NCBI GenBank assembly: GCA_020854825.1
Contig: JAHKLY010000002.1
Span: forward strand, 128,001 to 192,000
Reading direction: 5' to 3'
From: Candidatus Micrarchaeota archaeon
GTDB lineage: Archaea > Micrarchaeota > Micrarchaeia > Anstonellales > JAHKLY01
Length of the DNA stretch: 64,000 nt
The notes below the pieces were generated by a model that saw nothing but the letters and a program-made list of their open reading frames with translations, was not told where the DNA came from and ran no database searches. Shown one piece after another: positions 30,330 through 40,745 of the stretch. Every line of letters begins with the position of its first letter. The first letter of the stretch is position 1. Both the position numbers and the translations under genes were made by a program.

Positions 30330-31288
30330 AATTTGAAGAATTAAAAAATAAAAAAATACTTATTACATTTCATATTAATAGCGATATTGATGCTGTTGCT
30401 TCTGCTTGCATTTTACAAAATATTTTAGGTAATAATATTACATTATCCAATTATGGAAGGATGGATCATGATGCAAAAAAGTTAATTGAATTTTATAATA
30501 AAAAAATTGAAAAATGGGAAAACATTAATTTATTAGAATTCGAATATCTAATAGCAGTAGATGGACAAAATTATGGGATGTTTCCACATCTTAAAAATAA
30601 GAAAGTTGATCTTTTAATTGACCATCATAATTCCTCAACTGAAAAAATGCAAACTAAAAATGATATTATAGACCCAAATGCAATTTCAACAACTGAAATA
30701 ATATATTCCCTTATTAAAAAACAAAACATTAATATTAATTCAGAAACCGCCGAATTAATTTTATGTGGTATAATATCGGATTCATTAAGATATAAAGAAG
30801 TCTCAAAAAATTCGTTTTTATATTCAGAGGAATTAATAAAATTAATAAAAAATAAATATGAAAAACTAATAGAACTTTCAGTTCCTAGATTACCAAAAGA
30901 AGAATGTATAGGATTTATTAATTCTGCAAAAACTTTCAAATATGCAATTGAAAAAGAAATGATTATTATAACTGCAAAATGCCCTTCTTATACTGGAGAT
31001 ATTGCTACTGTTTTGAGTGAAACTGTGGCAGATGTGGTATTTACTACTGCACCAAAAGAACATAATACACTTATTAAAATTTCAGGAAGAACCTGGGTTG
31101 GATCAGGAGTTGAAATTACAACAATATTAAAAAAATTAGAAAAAAAATATAACGGAACTGGTGGGGGACATCCTTATGCTGCAGGTATGGATTTTCCTGC
31201 AACTCCAGAAACCATAAATAAATTACAGAATAAAATTTTACACAACTGTATGCAGTTATCAATTAAAGAAATAAAAAAGAACAAATAA
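30326..31288 (+). CDS. DHH/DHHA1-family phosphoesterase (NrnA-like)
   Basis: H.NSDID, VD, IDHH, GIISD, GGGHPYAAG. Confidence 0.9.
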   Translation: MKFEELKNKKILITFHINSDIDAVASACILQNILGNNITLSNYGRMDHDAKKLIEFYNKKIEKWENINLLEFEYLIAVDGQNYGMFPHLKNKKVDLLIDHHNSSTEKMQTKNDIIDPNAISTTEIIYSLIKKQNININSETAELILCGIISDSLRYKEVSKNSFLYSEELIKLIKNKYEKLIELSVPRLPKEECIGFINSAKTFKYAIEKEMIIITAKCPSYTGDIATVLSETVADVVFTTAPKEHNTLIKISGRTWVGSGVEITTILKKLEKKYNGTGGGHPYAAGMDFPATPETINKLQNKILHNCMQLSIKEIKKNK

Positions 31289-31321
31289 AAATGCTTTCAT
31301 ATTTAATTAACTGGGATTAAT

Positions 31322-32785
31322 ATGGCAATAAATGAAACTATTCAAGATAAAATTGAAAAATTAAATAAATTACATATTCTTGGAATTAATCCTTATGCTT
31401 ATTCTTTTAATACAAATACTAAAACCATAGATTTACATAAAACGTATGACAATAAATTAACTCCTGAAGAAAAAACAAATATAGAAGTTAAAATCGCCGG
31501 TCGTTTGATGACAATAAGACGATTTGGAAAATTAATATTCTTAGACCTAGATGATGGGTATGGGAAAATTCAATTATGTGCAAAACAAGATGAAATGAAA
31601 GAATCTTTTAATTTATTAGATTTATTAGATAGAGGAGATTTTATTGGTACTGAAGGAATTATTTTTAAAACAAAAAAAGGAGAATTATCCATTTTGATAA
31701 AAACAATAACTCTCTTGACAAAATCTCTTGCATTATTACCAGATAAATGGGCAGGTTTAAAAGACATAGATGATAGATTCAGAAATAGACATGTTGATTT
31801 AATTATAAATTCTGAAACAAAAGAAGTATTTATTAAAAAAGCTAAAATATTAGAGTATATTAGAGACTTTATGACTTCAAAGGAGTTTTTAGAAGTTGAA
31901 ACTCCAATACTCCAGCCATTATATGGTGGAGCTAGTGCAAGACCATTCAAAACTTATTCTCACGCCTGGAAATCTGATTTTTATTTAGCAATTTCTCCAG
32001 AATTATACTTAAAACGTCTTTTAATTGGAGGATTCCAAAGAGTGTATACAATATGTAAAAACTTTAGAAATGAAGATGTAGATAAAACGCATAATCCAGA
32101 ATTCACAATGCTTGAATGCTATGCTGCATATTGGGATTATAATGAAGTTATGAATTTAGTAGAAGAATTATATGAAACTCTTGCAATTAAATTAAATAAT
32201 AGTACAAAAGTACTATACCAAGGAACAGAAATTGATCTTAAAAGACCTTGGACAAGAATTACAATGAAAGATGCCCTTAAAAAATATGCTAAATTAAACG
32301 TAGATGAATTAGAAAATGAAAAATTAAAAGAATTATTAATTGAAAATAAAATCGAATTAGATGTATATAAAAGAGGCCTTGCCATAGCAGAATTATTTAA
32401 TAAATTATGTGAACCTCACTTAATACAACCTACCTTTGTTTATGATTATCCAAAAGAAACTACGGGATTATGTAAATTAAAAAGAGGAGATCCAGAATTA
32501 ATTGAAAGATTTGAATTTTTTATAAATGGTAGGGAACAAGGTAACGCATATTCAGAATTAACAGACCCAAAATTACAAGAAAAATTCTTTACAGAACAAA
32601 AAAACCAAGGTAAAATGAAAGGAGAACAACAGCCAATTGATGTTGAATTTATACATGCATTAGAATATGGAATGCCTCCTGCAGGAGGATTAGGTATTGG
32701 AGTTGATAGAATCATAATGCTATTCACTGATAGCCCCTCAATTAGAGAGGTTATATTATTCCCTCAATTAAAACCTAAAGAATAG
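31322..32785 (+). CDS. lysS: lysine--tRNA ligase, class II
   Basis: OB-fold, GGASARPF, LAISPELYLKRL, FRNE...THNPEFT, YGMPPAGGLGIGVDR. Confidence 0.97.
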   Translation: MAINETIQDKIEKLNKLHILGINPYAYSFNTNTKTIDLHKTYDNKLTPEEKTNIEVKIAGRLMTIRRFGKLIFLDLDDGYGKIQLCAKQDEMKESFNLLDLLDRGDFIGTEGIIFKTKKGELSILIKTITLLTKSLALLPDKWAGLKDIDDRFRNRHVDLIINSETKEVFIKKAKILEYIRDFMTSKEFLEVETPILQPLYGGASARPFKTYSHAWKSDFYLAISPELYLKRLLIGGFQRVYTICKNFRNEDVDKTHNPEFTMLECYAAYWDYNEVMNLVEELYETLAIKLNNSTKVLYQGTEIDLKRPWTRITMKDALKKYAKLNVDELENEKLKELLIENKIELDVYKRGLAIAELFNKLCEPHLIQPTFVYDYPKETTGLCKLKRGDPELIERFEFFINGREQGNAYSELTDPKLQEKFFTEQKNQGKMKGEQQPIDVEFIHALEYGMPPAGGLGIGVDRIIMLFTDSPSIREVILFPQLKPKE

Positions 32786-32807
32786 GATATAATAAAAGAA
32801 TAATATA

Positions 32808-33596
32808 CTATTGAGTAAGTACACATAATACTTCTTTTAAGAAATTTAATGCTTTTTTAATATTATCTTTTGTATACACATTAGAAATCCGATTACTTGG
32901 ATAAACTTTTTCACTTATCTCAAATTCCTTAATCTGTTCTAATTCATATTCATCTGGTATCCATAATCCTCCAATATCTAACCTAGTAGCATTTTTACTA
33001 TTTAGTATTTCACAAATAGTTAATAATTCATCAAAGTTGAATCCTTCTTCAAGCAAAACCCACGTTTCATTAATTTCAATATCTGTATACACAGGGTAAA
33101 AATTTAATATATCTAAATCAATTGTTGCTTGTATCTTTCCTTCAAAAGACTTTAATTTAGATATATCAAAATATGAAACATTTGGAAGCCAGCAATCTCT
33201 ATTACTCATCTCATTTAAAAATATCATTTGTTTTTTCTTACATTTAAATTTTTCAGGCATAATTAATCCAATTTGTAATCCAATAAGTGCAGAAAAGGCT
33301 ATATGGTTCCAGCATCTAGGAATTTGTTCATCATCATAAACATTAAGAAGAGTATCTGAATGTTGGTCAATATTTACCTTTAACCAATTTTTATCTGCAT
33401 TAGTAATTAATTCTGGCTTTGGATCTCTTTTAGCAGAAAAATGATGTTGTGTACCATCACCCCATAATAAAATACTGTCCTCAGGTATTTTTGGGATATC
33501 TTCTGTTCTAACCGGTATAAAATTAAATCTTGTATCAGATAATCTTCTAACTACTTTCTGACATGTATAAGAGTTTAAATGAAAAACATCTATCAT
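32808..33596 (-). CDS. divergent arginase/ureohydrolase-fold protein
   Basis: GDG..HH, NIDQHSD and TIDLD resemble ureohydrolase metal-binding motifs. Confidence 0.6.
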   Translation of the reverse strand: MIDVFHLNSYTCQKVVRRLSDTRFNFIPVRTEDIPKIPEDSILLWGDGTQHHFSAKRDPKPELITNADKNWLKVNIDQHSDTLLNVYDDEQIPRCWNHIAFSALIGLQIGLIMPEKFKCKKKQMIFLNEMSNRDCWLPNVSYFDISKLKSFEGKIQATIDLDILNFYPVYTDIEINETWVLLEEGFNFDELLTICEILNSKNATRLDIGGLWIPDEYELEQIKEFEISEKVYPSNRISNVYTKDNIKKALNFLKEVLCVLTQ

Positions 33597-33863
33597 ACAT
33601 ATATTACAACACTTTTTATTTATAAACCTTTTGAAAAACCTATTTGTGCAATAATTTTACACTAATTAATTCCAAATGTATAAGTATAATAGTACTTTCT
33701 TTTAATTTATCTGATAATATATAGAATATAACGAGATTTTTAAATATATCTTGATTAGTAGAATTTAGAAAAGATTTATAAAGGTTTCTACATATAACTG
33801 ATATACAAAACATTTATAAATCTAATGCTGATTTTGAAAAAATTGTGGAATAGAGGTGAATAA

Positions 33864-34769
33864 ATGGGTAAAAAATGTCCAAATTGTGGCGCAGAAGAAT
33901 TTGTTCGTGATTATGAAAAAGGAGAACTCATTTGCAAAAAATGCGGCTGTGTTGTTAAAGACGAAATAGCAGATGAAGGCCCAGAATGGAGAGCTTTTGA
34001 TGCTCAACAAAGAAACCAAAGAGCAAGAGGAGGCGCACCAATTAAATATATGAGACCGAATAAAGGATTAGTAACTGAAATTGATCAATATAACAGAGAT
34101 ATTAGGGGAGCTAAAATATCTCCAAAAAAACAAGCACAATTACATAGAATTAGAAAATGGCATAAAAGAGCTTCTATTGCATCATCAATGGAAAGAAATT
34201 TAGCAATAGCATTAGGAGAACTAGATAGAATTGCTTCTTATTTAGGCTTATCTGATAGCACAAGAGAGAGCGCAGCACTATTATATAGAAAATGCGTTAA
34301 AGCTGAATTGATTAGAGGAAGATTAATTGAAAGCGTAGTAGCTGCAGTTATATATGCAACATGTAGATTACAAGAAATTCCAAGAACATTAGACGAAATA
34401 GCAAGAGTTGCAGGATTAGAGAAAAAAGAAATAGGTAGAGCATACAGATTTATTAGAAGAGAACTAGATTTAGATGTTCCTTTAACAAATCCAGGAAGTT
34501 ATGTACCTAAATTCTGCGCATCATTGAAATTAAGCGGAAAAGTACAAGAAAAAGCAATACAAATCTTGAAAAAAGCAGTTAAAAAAGGGCTTATCTCTGG
34601 TAGAGGCCCAACAGGAGTTGCAGCAGCAGCTGTATACATTGCAAGTGCAATGTATGGCGAAAGAAGAACACAAAAAGAAGTTGCTGACGTAGCAGGAGTA
34701 ACAGAAGTTACTATCAGAAATAGATACAGAGAACTTAAAAAAGAGCTTAAAATCAAAGTAGAGCTGTAA
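33864..34769 (+). CDS. tfb: transcription initiation factor IIB
   Basis: Zn ribbon CPNCG...CKKCG, GPEWRAF, cyclin repeats, VTEVTIRNRY. Confidence 0.98.
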   Translation: MGKKCPNCGAEEFVRDYEKGELICKKCGCVVKDEIADEGPEWRAFDAQQRNQRARGGAPIKYMRPNKGLVTEIDQYNRDIRGAKISPKKQAQLHRIRKWHKRASIASSMERNLAIALGELDRIASYLGLSDSTRESAALLYRKCVKAELIRGRLIESVVAAVIYATCRLQEIPRTLDEIARVAGLEKKEIGRAYRFIRRELDLDVPLTNPGSYVPKFCASLKLSGKVQEKAIQILKKAVKKGLISGRGPTGVAAAAVYIASAMYGERRTQKEVADVAGVTEVTIRNRYRELKKELKIKVEL

Positions 34770-34825
34770 TTTACAGCCAACTTTTCTTTTTTTTTATTTT
34801 TTAATGATTAAAGATTAGGATAATC

Positions 34826-36925
34826 CTAATTAAAACACATGTTTTCATAATACCAATTGCATTCTATACCTAAAAGATAGCTATGATAATTTTTCATAAA
34901 TTCTTTAGATTCAAAACCATAATTAGATTTTATATTAGATACTAAATTATCTGGACTAGAAGAACTTAAAACTAACGTCTCTATATCTCCATCTCCAAAA
35001 TAATCATAAACTGCTAGTCCTAATATTTGCCATTCTCTTGTTTTCCAGTGTAAATCACTTGAAAATTTAGAAGGATGTTTTTTAGATAAGTTGTAACTTT
35101 TCATATATGAATTATAAAAATTATAAGATTTATCATCTAAATTATCATACCCTGTTGTTTTTGCTAATGTTCTTATTAAAAATACATCAAATTCATATTT
35201 ATCAGCATATCCTGCTGTTGTAAATGTTGCCTCAAGAAATTGATCTCCAGTATTATAATCATATAAAGAACAGTCTTCCCTTGAACGTGAATATGAACCA
35301 TACTCTGTAAATCCAGAACTAGCAGTATGTATATTACAAACAAAGGCAGGGGCACATTTGTCATACTCTCCATAATTAAATACATTATCTCCATACCCCA
35401 TTAAATTATTATATATATTATCATAAAAAGAATACTCTATGTCTGATGGAGATCTATCTTCTGTTATTTCTAAAAATCTATCTGGAGCTGCCCATTTTAA
35501 ATTAACTAATCCTAAACAACCAGAACTATATCCTCCATTATCTGCAAAAACCAAGGGAGAATGTGCCCCTATATCTATATACCCCCATGAATTGACTGTC
35601 CAAACCTTGAATAATTTATCCTTATTATATCCTTTATTTAATGAATAATCTTCACTATAACAAAATGGATTTGCATTTGAAGTTACAGTCACTATTGAAG
35701 GATTACATGCCTGAACTGATAAATAACCTGCATGTGTTAAAAATGGAATCTCCCTCATTAGAAGTTCATAAGTATTTGCTAAATCTGTTTCAAACCATTT
35801 ACATGAACTATCATAATTAAATCCTTCCCTTCCCCCAAAAGTAAATATAATTGAAGGTTTAGAATAATTCCTTAAATTATACAACCCGTTTTCAAATAAT
35901 TTAACCATTATATAATTACCATTACATTTATCAAAATTGTTAAAAATAATGTCCTCTGCTATCATATCCACACAATATTCAGTTTTACCAGATCCAATTG
36001 CTCCAACTCCTCCCATAGGATTCGGACATGTTAATGAGCCAGGAAATACCAAATCTGTACCATAAATTATTCTATCTAAAAATTCTATTCTATTTTCTTT
36101 TGGAGGATCAACAGCAACTAAAATTTCAGGGTATTCATCTTTAATCCTCCATGCTTCTTGCAATACAAAATTTGCATCATCTAATTCTGCACCAGTTTCT
36201 AAAACAAGGACTATTGGGCCAATTATTTTCCCATCCTCCTTTACAAAAGAATAATTTATTAATTTCATTATTTCTTCTTCTCTATTTTTCTTTGTACTTC
36301 CAGGTAATAACGGGCCTAATTCTGCGTCTCCTTTAGGTATCACAATTACTGGAATTTGTCCTTTATCAAGCATACTTTCTAAACGTGCTCTATTTGGATA
36401 AGGATAAATAGAATTATCAGGATTTGACATAAGCCATTTTTGATGCATAGTATTAGAACAATTAGTATAATAATCTCCATAGATTCCTTCTAAAAATGAA
36501 GATCCCATTCCAATTCTAAAAAAATCATAATTTGCATCTAATGTATTTAATTTCTCAGATAATAAGGTACTATCAATATCTGTAAAATGATTTGAAGAAT
36601 TTCCTTTTATTACCCAACATTGTCCACCTTTTAATGTATTTTTTGTCCAAGGTAATAAATCAATCAACCAATCTCTAGATTGATTTTTACATACAAATGC
36701 AATACAAACTCCAGATTCATCACAAAAATCTTTTATAAAATTAGATAAGTTAGTTTGTTCAGGCCCCTCCCCAATAGCTAAACCTTCAGTAGTATATAAT
36801 AAATTCCTATCTACTCCTGTTGTATTATAAAGAATATCAGTTCTATCAACACAACCAAGAATAAATAAAAAAATAAAAACTCCTATTAAATAGCTTTTTT
36901 TCATAAACAACATCCTTTTATTCAA
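34826..36925 (-). CDS. Cys-rich secreted or lipoprotein, hypothetical
   Basis: Lipobox-like ILGC and many Cys residues. Overlaps the end of the upstream gene. Confidence 0.75.
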   Translation of the reverse strand: MNKRMLFMKKSYLIGVFIFLFILGCVDRTDILYNTTGVDRNLLYTTEGLAIGEGPEQTNLSNFIKDFCDESGVCIAFVCKNQSRDWLIDLLPWTKNTLKGGQCWVIKGNSSNHFTDIDSTLLSEKLNTLDANYDFFRIGMGSSFLEGIYGDYYTNCSNTMHQKWLMSNPDNSIYPYPNRARLESMLDKGQIPVIVIPKGDAELGPLLPGSTKKNREEEIMKLINYSFVKEDGKIIGPIVLVLETGAELDDANFVLQEAWRIKDEYPEILVAVDPPKENRIEFLDRIIYGTDLVFPGSLTCPNPMGGVGAIGSGKTEYCVDMIAEDIIFNNFDKCNGNYIMVKLFENGLYNLRNYSKPSIIFTFGGREGFNYDSSCKWFETDLANTYELLMREIPFLTHAGYLSVQACNPSIVTVTSNANPFCYSEDYSLNKGYNKDKLFKVWTVNSWGYIDIGAHSPLVFADNGGYSSGCLGLVNLKWAAPDRFLEITEDRSPSDIEYSFYDNIYNNLMGYGDNVFNYGEYDKCAPAFVCNIHTASSGFTEYGSYSRSREDCSLYDYNTGDQFLEATFTTAGYADKYEFDVFLIRTLAKTTGYDNLDDKSYNFYNSYMKSYNLSKKHPSKFSSDLHWKTREWQILGLAVYDYFGDGDIETLVLSSSSPDNLVSNIKSNYGFESKEFMKNYHSYLLGIECNWYYENMCFN

Positions 36926-39900
36926 TTCTTATTCTACCTAAACGTATAAGATATTTAATCTTTTCCATCATAACTGGATCCTCGTAAGATTTAACTCCTG
37001 AAATCTTACCTATATACTCTAATCCATTAATTGATGAATAGTCATATTCTTTAGAAGGATCAAATTTCTCTACTTGTTCTTTTTGGTTTGTAAATTCAAA
37101 ATTACATTTCTCACATTTTTTACTATCTATATCATTATTATGACCACAGATAGGACATTTTTGTTTAACTGGAGTTAAATTAATATTTAACATTCCTCCA
37201 ATAATTGGAGGTACATTTGTATTAATCATATTTGGTCTTAACTCCCCAAATCTTTCTTCTCTTTCTGCTAAAAATCCTCTATTAACCCAAGTATCAATGT
37301 CATCAACCGGCTTATCTGAAAACACTCTTAATTTTAATGACTCTGATAATTTTTCTTCCATTTCTTTAATTGGTTCAGATCCTGCATATACCACCCTATA
37401 ATTCCCATTTTCATACACTAATTTAATTCCTTTATCTGAACCTACTACCTCTCCTGGATGTTTTGTTAAATACTTAGTAAATTCATTCATAGCTTCTAAA
37501 TTAATTCTAACCATCTCTTCTTGTGCTTCTGCAACTCTTCCTTCTGCTTTTTCAATTTTATCTAAATAACCCTCTCTTTGCAAAGTATCAACATACTCTT
37601 TTTTTGATAAAAATGCCGCAGATTTTTTTTCATAAGAATACTCTTTTGAAGTGCCTCTTTTATATTCTTCTTTGAAAACTTCATCATAAAATATTAAAAA
37701 CGAATCTATATCTCTAATTGCTTTGGAATATTCTTCATTAAAATTAGTTCCAGTTCTATTCTTATTATATTTATAGAATTCATTTGTTATTTCATCTAAA
37801 AATTTTATTGGGTCTCTTCTACTCCAATTGTTATATTTTTTTTCTAATTTTTTATATGTATCATTATATGTAACATCTTTCCCTTCTCTTTTTTGTTTTG
37901 CATATTCATGCCCTGCAATTAAATTAACAAGTTCGTGTCTTATATCAGTTATTCTAGTTTGAAGTGCTCCATTGTGTTCTTTATTTGATTCATTTAGTGC
38001 TTCTTCAAAAGAAATTCCTTTGGATCTTACTTTATTTTCTGCTTGTTCATGAATACTCTTTTTAAATTCAATACTTGAAGGTAAACTGGGATCTGAAAAA
38101 CCTAACGTTTCAGTAAAACCTAGTGCTGTTGTTAATGCCTGCCATTTAAACTTTCCTTCATTTAATAAAATATCTACTGCCTCTTTAGCACCAGAAGACT
38201 CTTGCACAAATAACTCAAGATATCTTTGTTTATCTTCTTTTTTACCTCTTGTAGAGTCCAAAAGAAGTTTTGCTGCATCATATCTTCTTGCTAATGACCG
38301 TACATAATTAACTTGTGCAAAATCGTATTTATTTCCATTTCTTTCATAATTATCTAAAGTAGCATTAATTTCCGAATATGTGTTTAATAGTAATTTTGAT
38401 TCCGCTCCTGCAGTTTTCCTAAATTTTATATCCTTAAACAGCCTTAATATAATATCCACTCTTTTTCTTTCTGTTAATTGAGTATTAATATTAATTTCAC
38501 CTTTTGTTAAATAACCAGTTTGTTCTAATTCTTTTATTAATTGATTTTTTTGAGTTCTTGATAATTCATCAAATACTAGTATTTTTTCTATATCTCTTGT
38601 ATTTTTCTTACCTTTTGGATTTGATATTTCTCCATAATTTTTCCCAGTAAATAATATTATTGAATTGTTCATTCCCTTATATAAATCATGTTCAACATAT
38701 GTTCTTTTTAACTTAGTCATCATATCAGAAGGCGATTCAATCGGTACAGATAAGGGTTTTAATGAACCTGCTACAACTACTCCTAATGAACCTTCATAAT
38801 TTTTTTTGATCATAGATTTAAATCCTTTTGCAGGGTTTTTCCAAAACTTAAGTGAATCTGTTATGTCTTTTTTGAACCCTCCTAAAACTTGTTGACCTAA
38901 TGAAACTGACAATCCAACTAATGGAACTCTCCTGACTTTACCTACATATATAGGTGATTTTATAACTCCTCCTTTTCCATCTGGTGCTCCTTCTATTAAT
39001 TTATTACTTTTAGAATCAAGCATTGTTCCAGTTACGCCTACTCCCATTAATGATTTAACATATTTACCTTCAATAAACACTCCATTCTTATCATAATATC
39101 CTATTTGCTTTTCAAGTAATTTTTTTCTCAAATATGCTTGTCTTAACTCTATTGGTGATTTACTTGATTCATATGCAATCATTTTAGATAATCCAATATA
39201 ATCTGAAGGAAGAGTTATACTGCCATTTATCATTTTTCTTGCTCTGGCTAATTCTCCTCTAGAAATTAATTGATATAAATAGATTTTTTGCAATGAATTT
39301 AATCTTTTATTATTTCTTACTGTGGATAATAAATTTGATTTATCTTTATCTCGTTCTTTTTTTGCTATTCTATCTGATACAGAATATACTGAAGCAGAAA
39401 GTGCAGCAACCTTTGCAGTTGCTTTTGCAGCATTATGAGAATTTAAAATTACGCCTGCTTTTGCTTCTAATTTAATTTTCCCTACTATTCCCCCTAATCC
39501 TTCCATAGCTTTAGGAAGTCTTGGTTGAGTAATATCAAATACTTGTAATGGATTATCTCCTTGAAAAAACATTGCTGCAAAAATAATACCTGATAAAATA
39601 ATAACAAAAATACATAATGGATTTCTATTTACATCTGATATTACTTTAACAAGAATTAAATATAATGAATTAAATGAATCTGCAGTAAATGGAGTATTAG
39701 AAACATAAAATATATGTTCTAATGCCCCATATTCATTACTCCCTAAAAATACAAATTTAATTGCTGCATATTCTGAAAGATTTTTACCACATTCTACATT
39801 AAAATCTGTAATAATTAACTGTCCATTAGAATTTGTTATTTTATTTGAACACAAATAAAAGTCAGGCATAGTTTCACTTACATATATTTTTATCTCCTTA

Positions 39901-40157
39901 TTTGCTAAAGGATTTTTTGCTGAAAGTAATGGAGTAAAGTACCACTGATATTGTGAATATTCCTTTAAGTATTCTTGATCAGAAGATAAAGATACATTTC
40001 TCCAAGTAAAATTTGCATTTATGGATCCATGGCCTTTAAGAGAAACATCAGTTATATGAACTTCTGTTTTATATTTTTGAGGTATTATATTTGAATAACT
40101 AATTGAAATTAGTAATAACATAACCACACTAAGTATGATAATATTTATATTTTTCAT
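36918..40157 (-). CDS. large membrane protein with a cytoplasmic helical region and C-terminal Zn ribbon
   Basis: Signal peptide, extracellular domain, TM helix, then GDNPLQVFDITQPRLP. CPICG...CEKC near the C-terminus. Confidence 0.8.
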   Translation of the reverse strand: MKNINIIILSVVMLLLISISYSNIIPQKYKTEVHITDVSLKGHGSINANFTWRNVSLSSDQEYLKEYSQYQWYFTPLLSAKNPLANKEIKIYVSETMPDFYLCSNKITNSNGQLIITDFNVECGKNLSEYAAIKFVFLGSNEYGALEHIFYVSNTPFTADSFNSLYLILVKVISDVNRNPLCIFVIILSGIIFAAMFFQGDNPLQVFDITQPRLPKAMEGLGGIVGKIKLEAKAGVILNSHNAAKATAKVAALSASVYSVSDRIAKKERDKDKSNLLSTVRNNKRLNSLQKIYLYQLISRGELARARKMINGSITLPSDYIGLSKMIAYESSKSPIELRQAYLRKKLLEKQIGYYDKNGVFIEGKYVKSLMGVGVTGTMLDSKSNKLIEGAPDGKGGVIKSPIYVGKVRRVPLVGLSVSLGQQVLGGFKKDITDSLKFWKNPAKGFKSMIKKNYEGSLGVVVAGSLKPLSVPIESPSDMMTKLKRTYVEHDLYKGMNNSIILFTGKNYGEISNPKGKKNTRDIEKILVFDELSRTQKNQLIKELEQTGYLTKGEININTQLTERKRVDIILRLFKDIKFRKTAGAESKLLLNTYSEINATLDNYERNGNKYDFAQVNYVRSLARRYDAAKLLLDSTRGKKEDKQRYLELFVQESSGAKEAVDILLNEGKFKWQALTTALGFTETLGFSDPSLPSSIEFKKSIHEQAENKVRSKGISFEEALNESNKEHNGALQTRITDIRHELVNLIAGHEYAKQKREGKDVTYNDTYKKLEKKYNNWSRRDPIKFLDEITNEFYKYNKNRTGTNFNEEYSKAIRDIDSFLIFYDEVFKEEYKRGTSKEYSYEKKSAAFLSKKEYVDTLQREGYLDKIEKAEGRVAEAQEEMVRINLEAMNEFTKYLTKHPGEVVGSDKGIKLVYENGNYRVVYAGSEPIKEMEEKLSESLKLRVFSDKPVDDIDTWVNRGFLAEREERFGELRPNMINTNVPPIIGGMLNINLTPVKQKCPICGHNNDIDSKKCEKCNFEFTNQKEQVEKFDPSKEYDYSSINGLEYIGKISGVKSYEDPVMMEKIKYLIRLGRIRIE

Positions 40158-40224
40158 AATAATATTCCTGCTTTTGTATTTTAAAACCTTTTTGATATGT
40201 TTTTATACATATATTTCTATAAAA

Positions 40225-40731
40225 TCAAATTTCATTCCAGTCTTGTTCAAAAACTGATATAAAATTTTGCACTGAACATGAAGTTAAAACTGCTGCTTCT
40301 CTATTAGAAGTAATAGCAGAATAACTAAAATTAGTACTCCCAACAAAAACTTTTTTTCCATCAATTATCATAAATTTTGAATGAGTTCTACTAAATTTTC
40401 TTGGGGCCCATTTTACATCTATCTCATTTGAAATTAAATTATAAAAACAGTCTTCATTTGATTCTATTTCCTGCTCCAATATAACTCTCACTTTAACTCC
40501 CCCATTGTTTGCATCAATTAATGCTTGCCTTAAACTATTACTAGAAAAAACATACATTTCAACATCAATGGATTTTTGTGCATTATTGATTATATCTAAA
40601 ATTCTAGCTTCAGAGTTAGGAGAAAATATAGGTTCTACATAACAATTCGTGTTAAAATTTATAAAAATAATAAAACATAATACTAATGAAATAAAAAAAC
40701 CAATTACTGCTGATTTCATATCAATTTTCAT
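40225..40731 (-). CDS. membrane-anchored phospholipase D-family protein (single HKD, Nuc-like)
   Basis: HSKFMIIDGKKVFVGSTNFS...NRE, with an N-terminal TM helix. Confidence 0.9.
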   Translation of the reverse strand: MKIDMKSAVIGFFISLVLCFIIFINFNTNCYVEPIFSPNSEARILDIINNAQKSIDVEMYVFSSNSLRQALIDANNGGVKVRVILEQEIESNEDCFYNLISNEIDVKWAPRKFSRTHSKFMIIDGKKVFVGSTNFSYSAITSNREAAVLTSCSVQNFISVFEQDWNEI

Positions 40732-40745
40732 AAAAACACCAAAAA

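Noticed and set aside
33597-33863. Replication origin in the AT-rich spacer before tfb
   Set aside because: No ORB-like repeats and no adjacent cdc6/orc1. Consistent with divergent promoters.
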